Positions 11,865 through 20,340 of a stretch of 64,000 nt of DNA are shown here, piece by piece (positions within the stretch are counted from its first letter, which is position 1; each line of letters starts with the position of its first letter). The notes beneath the pieces are model-generated. The model had not been told where the DNA came from. It was given only the letters and a program-made list of their open reading frames with translations, and made no database searches. A program made the translations under genes and the position numbers. Where the stretch lies: sequence record MW879340.1; one strand, written 5' to 3'.

Positions 11865-12161
11865 ATGATTATTGCGATATTATTATGGATCGTCATCATT
11901 GTCTTTGGCCTGGTTTTGATTCTGTTATTTTCGAATGGTGCCTTTACCGGTGCCGGTGCGACGGCAATGCTGGCATGCGCGGCCGTTATTGCGTTGTGTG
12001 TTAACGGGCTGGATCGTAACGAGGCATCACAGGTGTGCGATGCTATTAATAACCTGGGTGGACAGGCATCTTTTGTCTCAGGTAAATGTCTTATCAAGAA
12101 CGACGGCGGAGTTCCCATCGATAGGGAAAGTGACCGTTATGTTTATTTCACTCAACAGTAA
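11865..12161 (+). CDS. membrane protein
   Basis: Two hydrophobic segments; ATG 11865 with AAGGG RBS. Confidence 0.7.
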   Translation: MIIAILLWIVIIVFGLVLILLFSNGAFTGAGATAMLACAAVIALCVNGLDRNEASQVCDAINNLGGQASFVSGKCLIKNDGGVPIDRESDRYVYFTQQ

Positions 12162-12174
12162 CTCGGGACTTTAA

Positions 12175-12483
12175 ATGGAACGTACTCAATTCGACTCACT
12201 ACGTGCAATCGCGTTAGAAACTATGCCTGGCGAACTCATTCGTCATTCATCCTGGCCTGAAGGCAAGACCTTTGCTTGCTCAACGGAGTTTCTGCATGCG
12301 TTCGGTAATTACCCTTTCGCTAACCGTGGGGTAATGAATCTGAACAACATGCCTAAAATTGGCAAAGGCGGTACCTGGGAACACGCGGGTAAATATCCAG
12401 TGCGTCCAAACACCGTTAGCCGCGCACCTCGCCTTGGTGGCGTGCCGCATCACGTTCCTGTAATAAAGAATAAAGCCGCGTAA
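12175..12483 (+). CDS. hypothetical protein
   Basis: 102-aa ORF ending at a bidirectional hairpin. Confidence 0.65.
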   Translation: MERTQFDSLRAIALETMPGELIRHSSWPEGKTFACSTEFLHAFGNYPFANRGVMNLNNMPKIGKGGTWEHAGKYPVRPNTVSRAPRLGGVPHHVPVIKNKAA

Positions 12484-12493
12484 GCGACATAAA

Positions 12494-12525
12494 GCTAGGT
12501 AAGCCCCGCAAAGGGCTTACCTAGC
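12494..12525. terminator. bidirectional hairpin terminator
   Basis: GCTAGGTAAGCCC-CGCAAA-GGGCTTACCTAGC, 13-bp perfect stem between convergent genes. Confidence 0.85.
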
Positions 12526-12527
12526 AC

Positions 12528-12941
12528 TTATGCCGGTTCTTCATCGAGTACTGCGGGTAACACGTAGTCTGCCGGCAACTCAGCATGACTGTCTAACGAC
12601 GGACGACCAAAGATCTTTACGAACCAGTACATCACACGCCAGTATTCGGGGCCTAACCCGCAACGCTGGATATTCAGTTTGAACAGTTCATCAGCTGCTG
12701 CCTTCGTACCTATCCCACGGACTGCAAGCAAGTACATGTAATCATGCACAATGCACGCAGGGAAGTAACGATAGTACGGTGGAAACAGTGACCACAGAAA
12801 CCGAGGGATAGTGCCGCCATCAGTGATCAGCCCTTTAGGAACGATTACTTCTGGAGTCACATAATCTTCGGTGAGCATAAAACGATCCTTGCGGTTTAAA
12901 TACAAGCAAGGAACATCTGGTAAAACAACGCCATCGGACAT
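12528..12941 (-). CDS. DUF1353-family protein
   Basis: IVPKGLITDGGTIPRFLWSLFPP..ACIVHDYMY..ADELF motifs. Confidence 0.85.
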   Translation of the reverse strand: MSDGVVLPDVPCLYLNRKDRFMLTEDYVTPEVIVPKGLITDGGTIPRFLWSLFPPYYRYFPACIVHDYMYLLAVRGIGTKAAADELFKLNIQRCGLGPEYWRVMYWFVKIFGRPSLDSHAELPADYVLPAVLDEEPA

Positions 12942-12992
12942 TTACCACCCCTTATACAACATCGCTATCATACCATTTTCAGGAGACCTGCA

Positions 12993-13415
12993 ATGTCTAG
13001 AGCAAACATCGTAATGGAGCGTATCTTGAATTCCCTGGATAACGATCCAAAGTACCACAGCAGTTTGTTATGTCGTACTATTGGTACCTCATCTTTTGGA
13101 CCTGTACAGATCGCCATGTTCATCATGCCGGTTGCTGACAATGACTTAACCGCTGAAATGACTGAACGCCGTATCCTGGCAGAAATGCAGGAAGAGAACA
13201 TTTACGTGGCGTTCCACAAAACACGTCGTCAGGAAGGTGAACGTTTGATCACCGTGACGAAACCCCTTGAACCTAAGAACATCAACTTCACCTACGGCAA
13301 CCTGAAAGGGTTTACCAAGATGTGGTTAATTGATGCAACTGATGCCGCCCGAGCCGTACGTGAAGCGAAAGAAAAAGCAGAGGGTCAACAACACCGTACC
13401 GTTGGCCGTTATTAA
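12993..13415 (+). CDS. hypothetical protein
   Basis: 140-aa ORF, AGGAG RBS. Confidence 0.75.
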   Translation: MSRANIVMERILNSLDNDPKYHSSLLCRTIGTSSFGPVQIAMFIMPVADNDLTAEMTERRILAEMQEENIYVAFHKTRRQEGERLITVTKPLEPKNINFTYGNLKGFTKMWLIDATDAARAVREAKEKAEGQQHRTVGRY

Positions 13416-13423
13416 GGAGGACT

Positions 13424-13579
13424 ATGTTCTTCGTCATCTCACTATTTGCTGTTTGCATTGGGTATGTCGCCTTCAAGTTAAGTGCGACATTCCGCCACCG
13501 AACCCTTTGGTTCTTTATCTTATCTGGCTTATTAGCCTTTGTCGCAGGGCTTTTGTTTAAGGCCCTCTTTCTTGTATAA
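13424..13579 (+). CDS. 51-aa two-TM membrane protein (not in ORF track)
   Basis: AAGGAGG RBS; MFFVISLFAVCIGYVAFKLSATFRHRTLWFFILSGLLAFVAGLLFKALFLV; fills the gap between neighbours. Confidence 0.75.
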   Translation: MFFVISLFAVCIGYVAFKLSATFRHRTLWFFILSGLLAFVAGLLFKALFLV

Positions 13580-13590
13580 AAGGAACACAC

Positions 13591-14178
13591 ATGTCTAGTC
13601 CAAATAACTTACGTGAACACATGCGCCCAGCTATGGGTGCCGCTATCCTTCGTCTGATTGGTGGTGAAGAATTCACACTGTGTTCACCAAACACCGACCA
13701 TTGCACCTTACTTGAAACCCCGCCAGCTGACATGCATGGTTTTGGTCCAGCGGTAATCCACGTCGCGGTTGACAACTACCCGTTCTCTGTGTATGCGCAG
13801 TACATCGATGAGCGCTGTCGTGAACTGTTTGGGTTTGGGTTGGTGCGTGAAGGTATTACGGTGTCGTTGAAACGTCGTAAAAACCCAAGCGATTCATCCA
13901 CCCATTATGGCTATGCGTACGGCAAGGATAGCCAAGGTCGTATGATGATTCGTGGCGATTACGGTAATGAGCTGAATATTGCTTACATGAAGATGCTGGA
14001 AGAACCGATGAAGGTTCTTGACACCGTGCCTTACTCCCAGCAAACGCTTCAGCCGTACGTCTATAACAACACTGCGTTCATTTATCTGTCCGACCTTGAG
14101 GCGTTAGCCAAGTGGTGTGGTGACACTGTTGTAATAGAAGACGGTATGGCTTCTATCAAATCGGAGTGTCCGTTATGA
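13591..14178 (+). CDS. hypothetical protein
   Basis: 195-aa ORF, AAGGA RBS. Confidence 0.75.
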   Translation: MSSPNNLREHMRPAMGAAILRLIGGEEFTLCSPNTDHCTLLETPPADMHGFGPAVIHVAVDNYPFSVYAQYIDERCRELFGFGLVREGITVSLKRRKNPSDSSTHYGYAYGKDSQGRMMIRGDYGNELNIAYMKMLEEPMKVLDTVPYSQQTLQPYVYNNTAFIYLSDLEALAKWCGDTVVIEDGMASIKSECPL

Positions 14179-14558
14179 TTGTTGGTATTGCGGCGTTTAT
14201 TGCAGGCGTTATCTGTATCATCTACTCCATCTTCCAGTTTGTCAAGGCCAGACGACTGGTGTACCTCAACATGCTCAGCGCGGAATATAACCTGTGGGGC
14301 ATCTTGGGGTTATTTGGTGTCACCGTCTTCATGGTCATTGCCGCAATGGCATTCCGTGCGGTATATCTGAATAACACGCACATCAGTGAACGCATTGCTG
14401 AAATCGAGCAGTGTAACAAGATGGAGCGCGTGTGGCCAGGCCGCATGTTGTTTACCGACCATTGTTACTTTGAGATGGGTAACGGCATCTACATGATGCA
14501 TGCTGGTGATGCTACAAAGCTGTACACTAAAGAAGAAGTACTTGCACGTAAACCTTAA
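14175..14558 (+). CDS. membrane protein
   Basis: ATGA overlap; two TM segments then a Cys-containing soluble part. Confidence 0.75.
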   Translation: MIVGIAAFIAGVICIIYSIFQFVKARRLVYLNMLSAEYNLWGILGLFGVTVFMVIAAMAFRAVYLNNTHISERIAEIEQCNKMERVWPGRMLFTDHCYFEMGNGIYMMHAGDATKLYTKEEVLARKP

Positions 14559-14575
14559 CCTGTAGGAGTTTTACC

Positions 14576-14779
14576 ATGGATCAATTAGCTGGCTGTGTCT
14601 TTGCCATCTTCCTGTCTATCTTTCTGGTAGGGTTGTCTTCCTACTACGTCAGACTTAATAAGACCGCCGGTGAAGGCGGATGGTACGCTATGTGGTGGTG
14701 GGTGGGTGCGCTTGGCACTGTTGCTGTCGTGGCAGCTATCATCACAACCGGTACGGTAATACAACGTATCTATTTTTAA
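14576..14779 (+). CDS. small two-TM membrane protein
   Basis: AGGAG RBS; two hydrophobic segments. Confidence 0.75.
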   Translation: MDQLAGCVFAIFLSIFLVGLSSYYVRLNKTAGEGGWYAMWWWVGALGTVAVVAAIITTGTVIQRIYF

Positions 14780-14781
14780 GT

Positions 14782-14801
14782 CTACATTACTGTAGTGTAA
14801 T
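14782..14801 (+). promoter_or_regulatory. phage early-type promoter motif
   Basis: CTACATTACTGTAGTGTAAT, identical to 35282..35301; resembles the phiKZ early TATATTAC core. Confidence 0.7.
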
Positions 14802-14861
14802 CCCAAACATAACCCTTACTTGTTATGCTACACCACACCCCAATTAATACAGGAACTCGTA

Positions 14862-16217
14862 ATGACTATCAAAACTATGGCTGAACTGAACAAAGCTGAA
14901 CCACACCTGCGCGACCTGGAAATCACCGTTGACGGACTCAACGTGGTTGATATCCAATTTGCCGGTCCAGGTGTTTGGGTTCCTCGCTTTACCGTACAGA
15001 TTTCCGGTGACCAAGGTATCAATGAAGTTACCAAAGGCCGTATGGTGTATCTGTCCGCTGCTGAGTACCTGCGTTCTGCACTGCTGAATAACGGTACTGG
15101 CGATGGCACCAAACCACATGCCTTTGTCCCACACGCCAACATCAGCCGTGAAGACGAACCAGGTGACCAGGACGCCGCAGTAGCGGTCGCTAACCGCGCC
15201 ATTACACGTCTGCTGGATGTGTACAACGGTACCGACCCGGAAAACGACGGTAAGCCTGTTGAAGATGATTTCTTCGAATGGTACGGCAAATCACTGCATA
15301 TCGTCGTACGCACGGTGGACTTCGACCTGACTGAAAAACGCATCCTCAGCGGTGAAGCGTTTGAACATCTGCAAGCGATTATCGGCACACCGGCTAGCCC
15401 GTCACCAGCACTGACTAGTCTACTGACCGGTACGGTGCCACACCGCTCCAACTTTAACATCGAACTCACACCGACCGATGCAACAAAAGAGTTCGACGGT
15501 GTTATGCACGTAAGCCTGACCCACAAGGCCACCGAAGGTTCTGCAACGGTGCTTTACTGGGTGCCTATCAGTAAAGCCGACCAGTTCACATCACTGGCTA
15601 ACGTTATTAACGGCGTGCAACTTCTGCCTGTTGCTAACGGCAACGGTTACGTAGAGTATTTGGTGCGTGACCTGAACCCAACCGCGCTGGAAGTCATTCC
15701 GCTGGATATTCGCAACACCACGGTCGTGGAGAATGGCGGTGTATCACTGGATGTCGAAGAAGGCCTGACGGTATCTAACGTTACCAAGTCCTTCGATGGC
15801 GTGCTGCATGCTAGCGTTGTACTGGAAGGTAACTTAACCGCACCGAATCAGGTGTTCTGGATTCCGGCTGACCGCATCGATGAGTTCCCTTCTCTGGAAG
15901 CGATTCGCAGCGGTACCGTGTTAACCTGTATTGCAAATGGTAATGACTGGATTGAATACCTGGTACAGATTCCAAGTATTGAAACCGCCGTACCGGAAAT
16001 CAAACCTGATGTGCGTAACCTCACGACGCTGATTGACGGTATTCCTCACAAACGTTTCGAGCGTCATGATAACGACACAACGAACGTGTTTTGGGTGCCT
16101 GAAACAATGGAACTGGTGATTGACCAAACGCATGACGTACCAGATGACCTGGTAATGACCATCATTGCGGACAATGGCGATAACCACGTTGAATGGCTTG
16201 TCATCAGTCGTAAATAA
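14862..16217 (+). CDS. hypothetical protein with three C-terminal tandem repeats
   Basis: ATG 14862 with AGGA RBS; DG..H...V(L/F)(Y/F)W(V/I)P...NG....VE(Y/W)LV unit occurs three times. Confidence 0.85.
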   Translation: MTIKTMAELNKAEPHLRDLEITVDGLNVVDIQFAGPGVWVPRFTVQISGDQGINEVTKGRMVYLSAAEYLRSALLNNGTGDGTKPHAFVPHANISREDEPGDQDAAVAVANRAITRLLDVYNGTDPENDGKPVEDDFFEWYGKSLHIVVRTVDFDLTEKRILSGEAFEHLQAIIGTPASPSPALTSLLTGTVPHRSNFNIELTPTDATKEFDGVMHVSLTHKATEGSATVLYWVPISKADQFTSLANVINGVQLLPVANGNGYVEYLVRDLNPTALEVIPLDIRNTTVVENGGVSLDVEEGLTVSNVTKSFDGVLHASVVLEGNLTAPNQVFWIPADRIDEFPSLEAIRSGTVLTCIANGNDWIEYLVQIPSIETAVPEIKPDVRNLTTLIDGIPHKRFERHDNDTTNVFWVPETMELVIDQTHDVPDDLVMTIIADNGDNHVEWLVISRK

Positions 16218-16238
16218 GTAACGCTACACCGTCATAAT

Positions 16239-16262
16239 AGCCAGGGGTGTTGACCCCTGGCT
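16239..16262 (+). terminator. intrinsic terminator
   Basis: AGCCAGGGG-TGTTGA-CCCCTGGCT plus T-rich tail. Confidence 0.8.
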
Positions 16263-16296
16263 TTTTCTTTTATCCATAACCCGTTGGAGTGCGACT

Positions 16297-16974
16297 ATGC
16301 TTAACTTAGAACAGCTGTTAGCTGAAGACCGTATCAAATTCGAACAGAAACTCATTCCGCTGCACGACAAACCAGCTGAGCAATACAGCCAGGGCGTGTC
16401 GCTATTTACGCAATTGGTATCCGATGTGCTTGATGCTGCATTATCCATTAAACAGCAGAACGCGTACCCACATGAACGTGTAGATGCATTCATGTATCTG
16501 CTGGTCAATTACAAGATCGCACCTGGCGTTGGTTTGCACGTATTACGTTCGACCGTTAAATCCGCTGACCGTTACGCTAACCGTCAGGCTCTGGTTGACT
16601 ACCTTAAAGGCTGCCCGCGCGCTGGTCTCACATCGGTAGCTAACGCTATTGATGAAGTGGCCGGCGAATCACTCTGTGCTTCTAAGTCGTTGATGTCGGC
16701 TGAAGAAGCAAACGACCCGCAGCACCAACTTAAAGAAATCAACCTAAGAGGTTTCTTTGCCAAAGTGGATCAGCTGCAAGCGTACTGTGAAGAGTACGAA
16801 GAATGGATGGCTAATATGCGCCGCCTCGCCCCTACCGCCAATCCTAAGAATCATCCGACTACCGGGCAGTTACGTGAACGCGATGCTATCCGTGTCAAGA
16901 TTAATGAGCTCGCTACGCCAGAGGTCATTGCTCATCTTGTTCGTATTGCGCGCGCAGAGCGAGATTCACAATGA
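16297..16974 (+). CDS. hypothetical protein
   Basis: 225-aa ORF, GGAG RBS. Confidence 0.8.
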   Translation: MLNLEQLLAEDRIKFEQKLIPLHDKPAEQYSQGVSLFTQLVSDVLDAALSIKQQNAYPHERVDAFMYLLVNYKIAPGVGLHVLRSTVKSADRYANRQALVDYLKGCPRAGLTSVANAIDEVAGESLCASKSLMSAEEANDPQHQLKEINLRGFFAKVDQLQAYCEEYEEWMANMRRLAPTANPKNHPTTGQLRERDAIRVKINELATPEVIAHLVRIARAERDSQ

Positions 16975-17297
16975 GCAGTATTAATCTTGACTCGCCCGGC
17001 AATGTGAAGCTGCGTGAAGTCCTGCAAGACCTGGCGTTAGTACGTAGCCTGGCACAAAGTAATAACCGCCCTGTCAATACAGCTATCCGTAATCGCTGTA
17101 AGGAGATCATCAAAGATCCTAACATGGACAAGATGATCAAAGACGTGGCGTTACACATCAGTCGTAAGACTTTGTGCAGTCATACGCTCACTGTAGCGAT
17201 CTCGTCGTATAACGAAATGGCTAACGGTGAAGTGGAAATGATTCGGGATGGCGAAGTTGTGTCCGTCAACCCGGGTAACCAAAACCCAATCGGGTAA
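16971..17297 (+). CDS. hypothetical protein
   Basis: ATGA overlap with upstream gene. Confidence 0.75.
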   Translation: MSSINLDSPGNVKLREVLQDLALVRSLAQSNNRPVNTAIRNRCKEIIKDPNMDKMIKDVALHISRKTLCSHTLTVAISSYNEMANGEVEMIRDGEVVSVNPGNQNPIG

Positions 17298-17345
17298 TCT
17301 GTAGTATCATCCAATTACGGGCAATGTGACCCCTAAGGAAATGAA

Positions 17346-18074
17346 ATGAAAATCGATTATGCATTTGACTTTACGTTGGCCAAAAATACTGTTCCTGCGA
17401 CTGAGAAACATAAGTCCCATCATGTGCTCGAACGGGCGAGTTTGGAAATCAATGATTATCTGTTCGAGGTCACATTAGACCAAGAGATGGTGTCAAAGAT
17501 TAATGCATCTGATTTTGATGATTTAAAGTATCGTTATCATTACCGTCTTTGTCGTGGTGCTGACTTGGTTGCATCAGGCAAGGTACGTTCTTGCCAAAAC
17601 ATGCCGACCACAAACGGCCGTCGTATCTTTTCATTAGACCACGTCGGTGGTTTAATTAATGAAATCATGCACGAGGCCATCGGTAGTATGATACTGAGTG
17701 ATGTCGCTGCTTACACACCTGAACTTGAACAACTTAAGTTCTTTGAACAGGTCAGCGCTGCAACGAGTTTTACTGCCGGCGTAAACAACTCTGGTGCCAT
17801 CGGTACTCCGCGATTTGTTATGGCGGTCTCAACCGACATCCCGCACCTACGTGGCGGTCGTCGTTTTAGCATATCACGCGACGGCGGTATCCAACGTATT
17901 ACGGGTGTGACAACCACCTGGGTTTATAACCTGGGCGACCAGACCGCGCCAGGTGATGAACCACGTTTGTTGTTCAGAGATCGCGTTGAAGGTGAGAACT
18001 TTACGTTCACACCGATGACCGACAAAGAAGCGTTGGTCAAAATCAAAGCCTATGCAAAGGCATTGAGCGCATAA
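17346..18074 (+). CDS. hypothetical protein
   Basis: 242-aa ORF, AAGGA RBS, followed by a terminator. Confidence 0.8.
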   Translation: MKIDYAFDFTLAKNTVPATEKHKSHHVLERASLEINDYLFEVTLDQEMVSKINASDFDDLKYRYHYRLCRGADLVASGKVRSCQNMPTTNGRRIFSLDHVGGLINEIMHEAIGSMILSDVAAYTPELEQLKFFEQVSAATSFTAGVNNSGAIGTPRFVMAVSTDIPHLRGGRRFSISRDGGIQRITGVTTTWVYNLGDQTAPGDEPRLLFRDRVEGENFTFTPMTDKEALVKIKAYAKALSA

Positions 18075-18087
18075 CCACCTATTAACC

Positions 18088-18116
18088 AGAGGGGATTCGT
18101 CCCCTCTTTTTTTTTT
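18088..18116 (+). terminator. intrinsic terminator
   Basis: AGAGGGGA-TTCG-TCCCCTCT plus poly-T. Confidence 0.9.
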
Positions 18117-18132
18117 GATTAAGGACTTCATT

Positions 18133-18459
18133 ATGTCACAGGCATTAAACCAAGAGTTGTTCACCCAGGTCTTTATTAACGGCGCTCGTTTCGATCCAAT
18201 CAGCGTTGGGATCAGTGACCAGACCGTTGTGGAAGGTCAGCCCGGTGCACTCGACTTCCCTAAGGCCGTTGACCTGCTGAAAGAAGCGTACAACCATCGT
18301 CACAACCCAGAGCGTGACAAGATCATTATCCTGGGCATGCTGGACACCATCAAAGCAGAACTGCCAACAGCCAACCTGCATTACAGCCGCAGTATCTCGC
18401 TGGGTGATGTAACTCTCCAGTACACCGTTGCTGTCCGCCCTGCTAAATCAGCAGAATAA
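18133..18459 (+). CDS. hypothetical protein
   Basis: ATG 18133 with AAGGA RBS. Confidence 0.75.
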   Translation: MSQALNQELFTQVFINGARFDPISVGISDQTVVEGQPGALDFPKAVDLLKEAYNHRHNPERDKIIILGMLDTIKAELPTANLHYSRSISLGDVTLQYTVAVRPAKSAE

Positions 18460-18495
18460 TTGTATACGACTAACCAGTAAAAGAAAGGATGTACG

Positions 18496-18681
18496 ATGAG
18501 TGGTAAAGACCTGAGCAGCTACCTGCAAGAACCTGCCAAGCCAGCCAGCGATGACCTGGATATGGGTGCGTTAGCCAGCATGGATTTCAGCGCGGTAGAA
18601 GAACGCGTTGAACAAATGCAGGAAGGCGGTGGTGAAGTGGTTGAAGCAGACAATGACTGCGTCGACGGTTGTAAGATCTAA
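18496..18681 (+). CDS. 61-aa acidic protein ending in CVDGCKI, resembling the RNR alpha C-terminal redox tail
   Basis: AAGGA RBS, own terminator; C-terminus DNDCVDGCKI vs E. coli NrdA DDGCESGACKI. Confidence 0.75.
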   Translation: MSGKDLSSYLQEPAKPASDDLDMGALASMDFSAVEERVEQMQEGGGEVVEADNDCVDGCKI

Positions 18682-18687
18682 ACATAC

Positions 18688-18718
18688 GGGTCGGGCTTCG
18701 GTCCGGCCCTTATGCCGG
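18688..18718 (+). terminator. hairpin + TTATGCCG terminator-like element
   Basis: GGGTCGGGC-TTCG-GTCCGGCCC then TTATGCCGG. Confidence 0.75.
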
Positions 18719-18757
18719 CTGATGATATGTGTTGACTAATAAACACAAGGAGGAAAT

Positions 18758-19483
18758 ATGAACGGTGTAAAGGTGTCGGAGTTGGAGCCCGCTACCGCAC
18801 TCAGTGAAACGGATCTACTCTACATTATCCGTAAGAGTGTAGAAGGCGGAATGGAATCAAAGAGAGCGTCGCTTGGTGACTTGCTTAGCATGCTTGGGTC
18901 GGCTGGCTCAAAGGGTCTGGAACGAATTCAGCTTGGTAACAAAACCCAGCAAGAGTTCAATGATTTGTTCAATGCGCAGTTGATCGCTGAGAAGCCAGAA
19001 CACCCAACCTGTACAATGATGATGGTGCTTGAAAGTCTGGAGAACGGTGCCCAGGGGTCTATGGGGTCGATCACGGTTTTTCCAACATCAGAAGGCAAGT
19101 ACGTACTGGGATCGGGATTGAATGCGCTGGGTGACGGTAACTTAGGCATTGCCTTATTGTTTATCCCTAACGATCTGACCGACGGCGTATCCATGCTTTG
19201 TTGGTTCTCCCCCTTCTCAATGAACACTGGCGGCACGTCAGGTAAAGATGGTAATAGTGTTACGTTGAAAGGCAGCTTTGATAATTTCAACGATTTACCT
19301 TTACCGGGCGATAACCAGATAGGCGACTGCTGGTTCGTCAAAACAACGCTCTATTGTTGGGATGGCGGTAACTGGATTAACCTAGGCGATTTTGGTGGGC
19401 CTCAAGGTGAGAAAGGTGTTGATGCTGTCGGTATTGCCGATATCACTATCACCACCACACCGTACCTGATCCCTGATCCTTAA
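18758..19483 (+). CDS. putative tail-fibre-associated protein with collagen-like motif
   Basis: N-terminal VKVSELEPATALSETDLL as seen in fibre proteins; WDGGNWINLGDFGGPQGEKG module; AGGAGG RBS. Confidence 0.7.
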   Translation: MNGVKVSELEPATALSETDLLYIIRKSVEGGMESKRASLGDLLSMLGSAGSKGLERIQLGNKTQQEFNDLFNAQLIAEKPEHPTCTMMMVLESLENGAQGSMGSITVFPTSEGKYVLGSGLNALGDGNLGIALLFIPNDLTDGVSMLCWFSPFSMNTGGTSGKDGNSVTLKGSFDNFNDLPLPGDNQIGDCWFVKTTLYCWDGGNWINLGDFGGPQGEKGVDAVGIADITITTTPYLIPDP

Positions 19484-19495
19484 TCGAGGTTACCC

Positions 19496-20254
19496 ATGAC
19501 TGGCGGAACGATAGTAACGTTTAAATTCACGCTGTCCGACGGGACGGTTGTTGAAAAAGAACTTAAAGTAAAAGATGGCAACAACGCATACGAGATGTGG
19601 TTGATCGCCGGGCACTCTGGAACGTTGGACGACTATATTGCTTTTAATAAGGGCGAGAAGGGCGAACAAGGTGAACAGGGGTTGGAAGGGCCGATGGGTC
19701 CTATGTTGGAATTCGTCGGCGTATTCGACACCGTTGAAGAGTTACCTGTTGATGTCAATGTGAACAGCATCGCAACAGTAGGGACTTTCTTCTATTTCTT
19801 CAACGGTAGTGAATGGATTTCGTTGGGTAGCTTTGCGGGTCCACAGGGTGAGAAAGGTGATCCAGGTACGGCAAACTTTGCTATTAAGAGTGGTAACTTC
19901 TCCAGTAACTACTCGAATAACTTAGCGGCCGCTAACGCCCACGGCACTATCGGGGGTAAAGAGTACTGGAAATACACGATAAACTTGGACAAGGCGACGT
20001 ACAACAAGTATCCGGTTTGTAATGTGCTTTTGCAAGAATTGCCTTGTGATGCTAGCGGTGTTCCAGTGCCGTACACGTTGCATTATTTCTTCAACTCGTC
20101 CGGTGCCAATAAACCACCTAACATTGTGTTGATGCTGATTCTGCATGAGCCGGCAACTCAACTGCTGAGCAACACCACAGGACAGTATGGTCCTCTGGGG
20201 TTAGTCGACGACGTACAGTACGAACCGCATTATTCGGTGTCTTACTGGTATTGA
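19496..20254 (+). CDS. collagen-like (Gly-X-Y) fibre protein
   Basis: KGEKGEQGEQGLEGPMGP and FNGSEWISLGSFAGPQGEKGDPG. Confidence 0.75.
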   Translation: MTGGTIVTFKFTLSDGTVVEKELKVKDGNNAYEMWLIAGHSGTLDDYIAFNKGEKGEQGEQGLEGPMGPMLEFVGVFDTVEELPVDVNVNSIATVGTFFYFFNGSEWISLGSFAGPQGEKGDPGTANFAIKSGNFSSNYSNNLAAANAHGTIGGKEYWKYTINLDKATYNKYPVCNVLLQELPCDASGVPVPYTLHYFFNSSGANKPPNIVLMLILHEPATQLLSNTTGQYGPLGLVDDVQYEPHYSVSYWY

Positions 20255-20262
20255 CATAATAC

Positions 20263-20293
20263 AAAGCCAGGCTCGTCCTGGCTTTTATGCCGG
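20263..20293 (+). terminator. hairpin + TTATGCCG terminator-like element
   Basis: AAAGCCAGG-CTCGT-CCTGGCTTT then TATGCCGG. Confidence 0.75.
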
Positions 20294-20340
20294 ACAAGGA
20301 ATGATATGAATTCACTTTAGATATACTTAGGGGCCCTGTT

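Noticed and set aside
12528-12535. TTATGCCG/TTATGAC words at 12528, 51514 and 37738 as terminator motif copies
   Set aside because: They coincide with stop codons of genes, so they are not independent evidence for the motif
13330-13560. 76-aa plus-strand ORF in the track
   Set aside because: Overlaps the previous gene; the other frame (13424-13579) has a strong RBS and a clear two-TM product
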